A stretch of 5,406 bases of DNA from a virus (taxonomy: Duplodnaviria; Heunggongvirae; Uroviricota; Caudoviricetes): the IMG/VR virus record IMGVR_UViG_3300028532_000031, positions 1 through 5,406 of that record. One strand, 5' to 3'. How positions within the stretch are numbered: position 1 is the first letter of the stretch; each line of letters begins with the position of its first letter. The translations under genes and the position numbers were made by a program. Of this stretch, positions 4,998 through 5,406 are shown piece by piece. The notes beneath the pieces were generated by a model that had not been told where the DNA came from, did not search any database, and was given only the letters and a program-made list of their open reading frames with translations.

Positions 4998-5406
4998 CTA
5001 AGCCGCCCTCACGATATAGTTAAATGCAATATTGCGGGGGCGGGTTTCACTACCACCTGTGTTACCAATACTTCCTCGTGAATGAAGCGTTGGTGATGGA
5101 ATCAAACTCCCTCCTGTATTTGTGGCATCAAGCCCCCTGCCTTGTGTATATGTTTTTTTGAAAATCGTGGCCAACTCCCATTCATCCTTTGTGTCATATC
5201 CATCGTTAGCTACAACAATATGGCGGTGTTTTTCCAACATCCCGGTTTGAATGCTCAATAAAGCGCGTGCTGCATCAATTCCTCGCCCATCATCCCAGCC
5301 ACGAATAAATTCACCCCGTAAATCCGGTAATTTATTGGTGGGGTAGGCCTTTGCCAGTCTGGGATACATTTCAGAAGAAAATGCTGCGCCGTTACATTTC
5401 AGCCAC
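4998..5406 (-). CDS. Tail-fibre C-terminal cassette 5, inverted orientation; 5' end continues beyond the right window edge
   Basis: The minus-strand frame is open to the window end and reads …WLKCNGAAFSSEMYPRLAKAYPTNKLPDLRGEFIRGWDDGRGID…, then a unique middle, then SETRPRNIAFNYIVRAA with stop TAG (plus 4998-5000). The ORF-track start at M5369 is internal. The first 123 nt are the reverse complement of cassette 4 (3990-4112) with one mismatch. Confidence 0.8.
   Translation of the reverse strand, partial: WLKCNGAAFSSEMYPRLAKAYPTNKLPDLRGEFIRGWDDGRGIDAARALLSIQTGMLEKHRHIVVANDGYDTKDEWELATIFKKTYTQGRGLDATNTGGSLIPSPTLHSRGSIGNTGGSETRPRNIAFNYIVRAA

Noticed and set aside
2398-5406. Diversity-generating retroelement (template/variable repeat pair)
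   Set aside because: No reverse transcriptase ORF is present in the window, and the cassettes differ by whole-segment replacement rather than adenine-specific substitutions.
2398-5406. Rci-type tyrosine-recombinase shufflon
   Set aside because: The adjacent recombinase is clearly a serine invertase (catalytic Ser in the RVSTNDQ motif, C-terminal HTH), and the repeat resembles hix/gix half-sites, not shufflon sfx repeats.

Overview
This window looks like a phage or tailocin tail-fibre host-range switching locus. Reading left to right: (i) the 3' part of a P2-like tail module, with a tape measure C-terminus running in from the left edge followed by a gpU-like tail protein; (ii) a convergent Hin/Gin/Cin/Pin-family serine DNA invertase on the minus strand; (iii) four tandem, co-oriented tail-fibre C-terminal cassettes on the plus strand, none with an ATG start or ribosome-binding site, each preceded by the same 22-bp hix/gix-like motif; (iv) a single tail fibre assembly gene coupled to the fourth cassette; and (v) a fifth cassette in inverted orientation that runs off the right edge. 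The simplest reading is a multi-cassette (Min/shufflon-like) inversion system in which one constant tail-fibre N-terminal gene, presumably beyond the right edge on the minus strand, can be fused to any of at least five alternative receptor-binding tips. All calls rest on reading the sequence and ORF translations and on recalled family features; no database search or alignment was run.
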